Virus record (IMG/VR): IMGVR_UViG_3300047278_000021 | Location: 1-34,617 of that record | Origin: a virus | Lineage: Duplodnaviria; Caudoviricetes | Direction: 5' to 3' (one strand) | Length of the DNA stretch: 34,617 nucleotides | In this document: in pieces, positions 34,244 to 34,617 of the stretch | Numbering within the stretch: position 1 is the first letter of the stretch | Layout of the letters: each line of letters starts with the position of its first letter | The notes under the pieces: model-generated | What the model was told of the DNA's origin: nothing | What the model saw: the letters and a program-made list of their open reading frames with translations, nothing else | Databases searched by the model: none | Translations under genes and position numbers: made by a program

Positions 34244-34426
34244 ATGACGATATGGGATTGGATCTTTGTCTTCTACGCTGCAATTGCATTAGCTCTGTTT
34301 GCTGCAATTTGGCTCTGGAAGACGCCTACAGAGAAAGCTGCACGACTGACTGAGAACAATCATTGTCAGTGTTTGCATCCGATTAAATGTGATTTATTTG
34401 ATAAATGTATGAGGAATGAAAAATGA
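34244..34426 (+). CDS. small membrane protein with C-terminal Cys cluster
   Basis: N-terminal TM; CQC..PIKC....KC; GAGG RBS. Confidence 0.65.
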   Translation: MTIWDWIFVFYAAIALALFAAIWLWKTPTEKAARLTENNHCQCLHPIKCDLFDKCMRNEK

Positions 34427-34617
34427 GCAAGATTGATTTAATTATTGAAAACATTGAGTACTCCAAGCTAGTCACGGTGCAAGCACACATTGATGAGTTG
34501 CTTGAAGAAGCCCTAGCCGCTGCCCGTTCGCTGCGGAAGTTGAAGCCTGTGGCGTGGGAAACGTATGGTCTTACTTTTGCAGACGGAAAAGTACTTTATC
34601 ACACGCACCCAAAACAG
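34423..34617 (+). CDS. modular accessory protein (KIDLII family), copy 3, 3'-truncated
   Basis: MSKIDLIIENIEYSKLVTVQAHIDELLEEALAAARSLRKLKPVAWETYG... runs off the window end. Confidence 0.7.
   Translation, partial: MSKIDLIIENIEYSKLVTVQAHIDELLEEALAAARSLRKLKPVAWETYGLTFADGKVLYHTHPKQ

Noticed and set aside
34423-34617. Exact terminal direct repeat
   Set aside because: Copies differ at about 14% of positions, diverge after ~138 nt, and the first copy is not at the window end.
1-34617. CRISPR array, integrase/att site, IS element, alternative genetic code
   Set aside because: No spaced repeats or recombinase/transposase motifs seen; genes are intact in the standard code and all three stop codons are used.

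Overview
Near-complete ~34.6 kb genome of a tailed dsDNA phage with podovirus-type virion genes, probably infecting a Gram-negative host (inferred from the sigma70 promoters and GH108 lysin). It has lambdoid-style divergent early arms around one small Cro-like HTH gene (33331-33546). The leftward arm carries ERF, SSB, a PD-(D/E)XK exonuclease and small accessory ORFs. The rightward arm appears to continue at the start of the window with accessory ORFs, a truncated replication-initiator-like protein, a TAGT/GREB1-like glycosyltransferase plus partner, YbcO-like, RusA and ferritin-like genes. Packaging, head, tail, ejection, fibre and lysis genes follow. I recognised no integrase, full CI repressor, DNA polymerase, helicase, primase, spanin, tRNA or CRISPR array. 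Main leads: (1) a promoter-driven, highly structured ~350 nt non-coding RNA next to an AT-rich tract with a DnaA box, in the usual replication-gene slot, while the only initiator-like protein lacks a DNA-binding domain; (2) an orphan DNA glycosyltransferase pair with visible avoidance of CC/GG in synonymous positions; (3) a lysis cassette with a T4-holin-T-like protein and a 22-aa amphipathic peptide in place of spanins; (4) a leaderless protein with an outer-membrane beta-signal between terminase and portal. All family assignments are by-eye motif recognition, not database searches.
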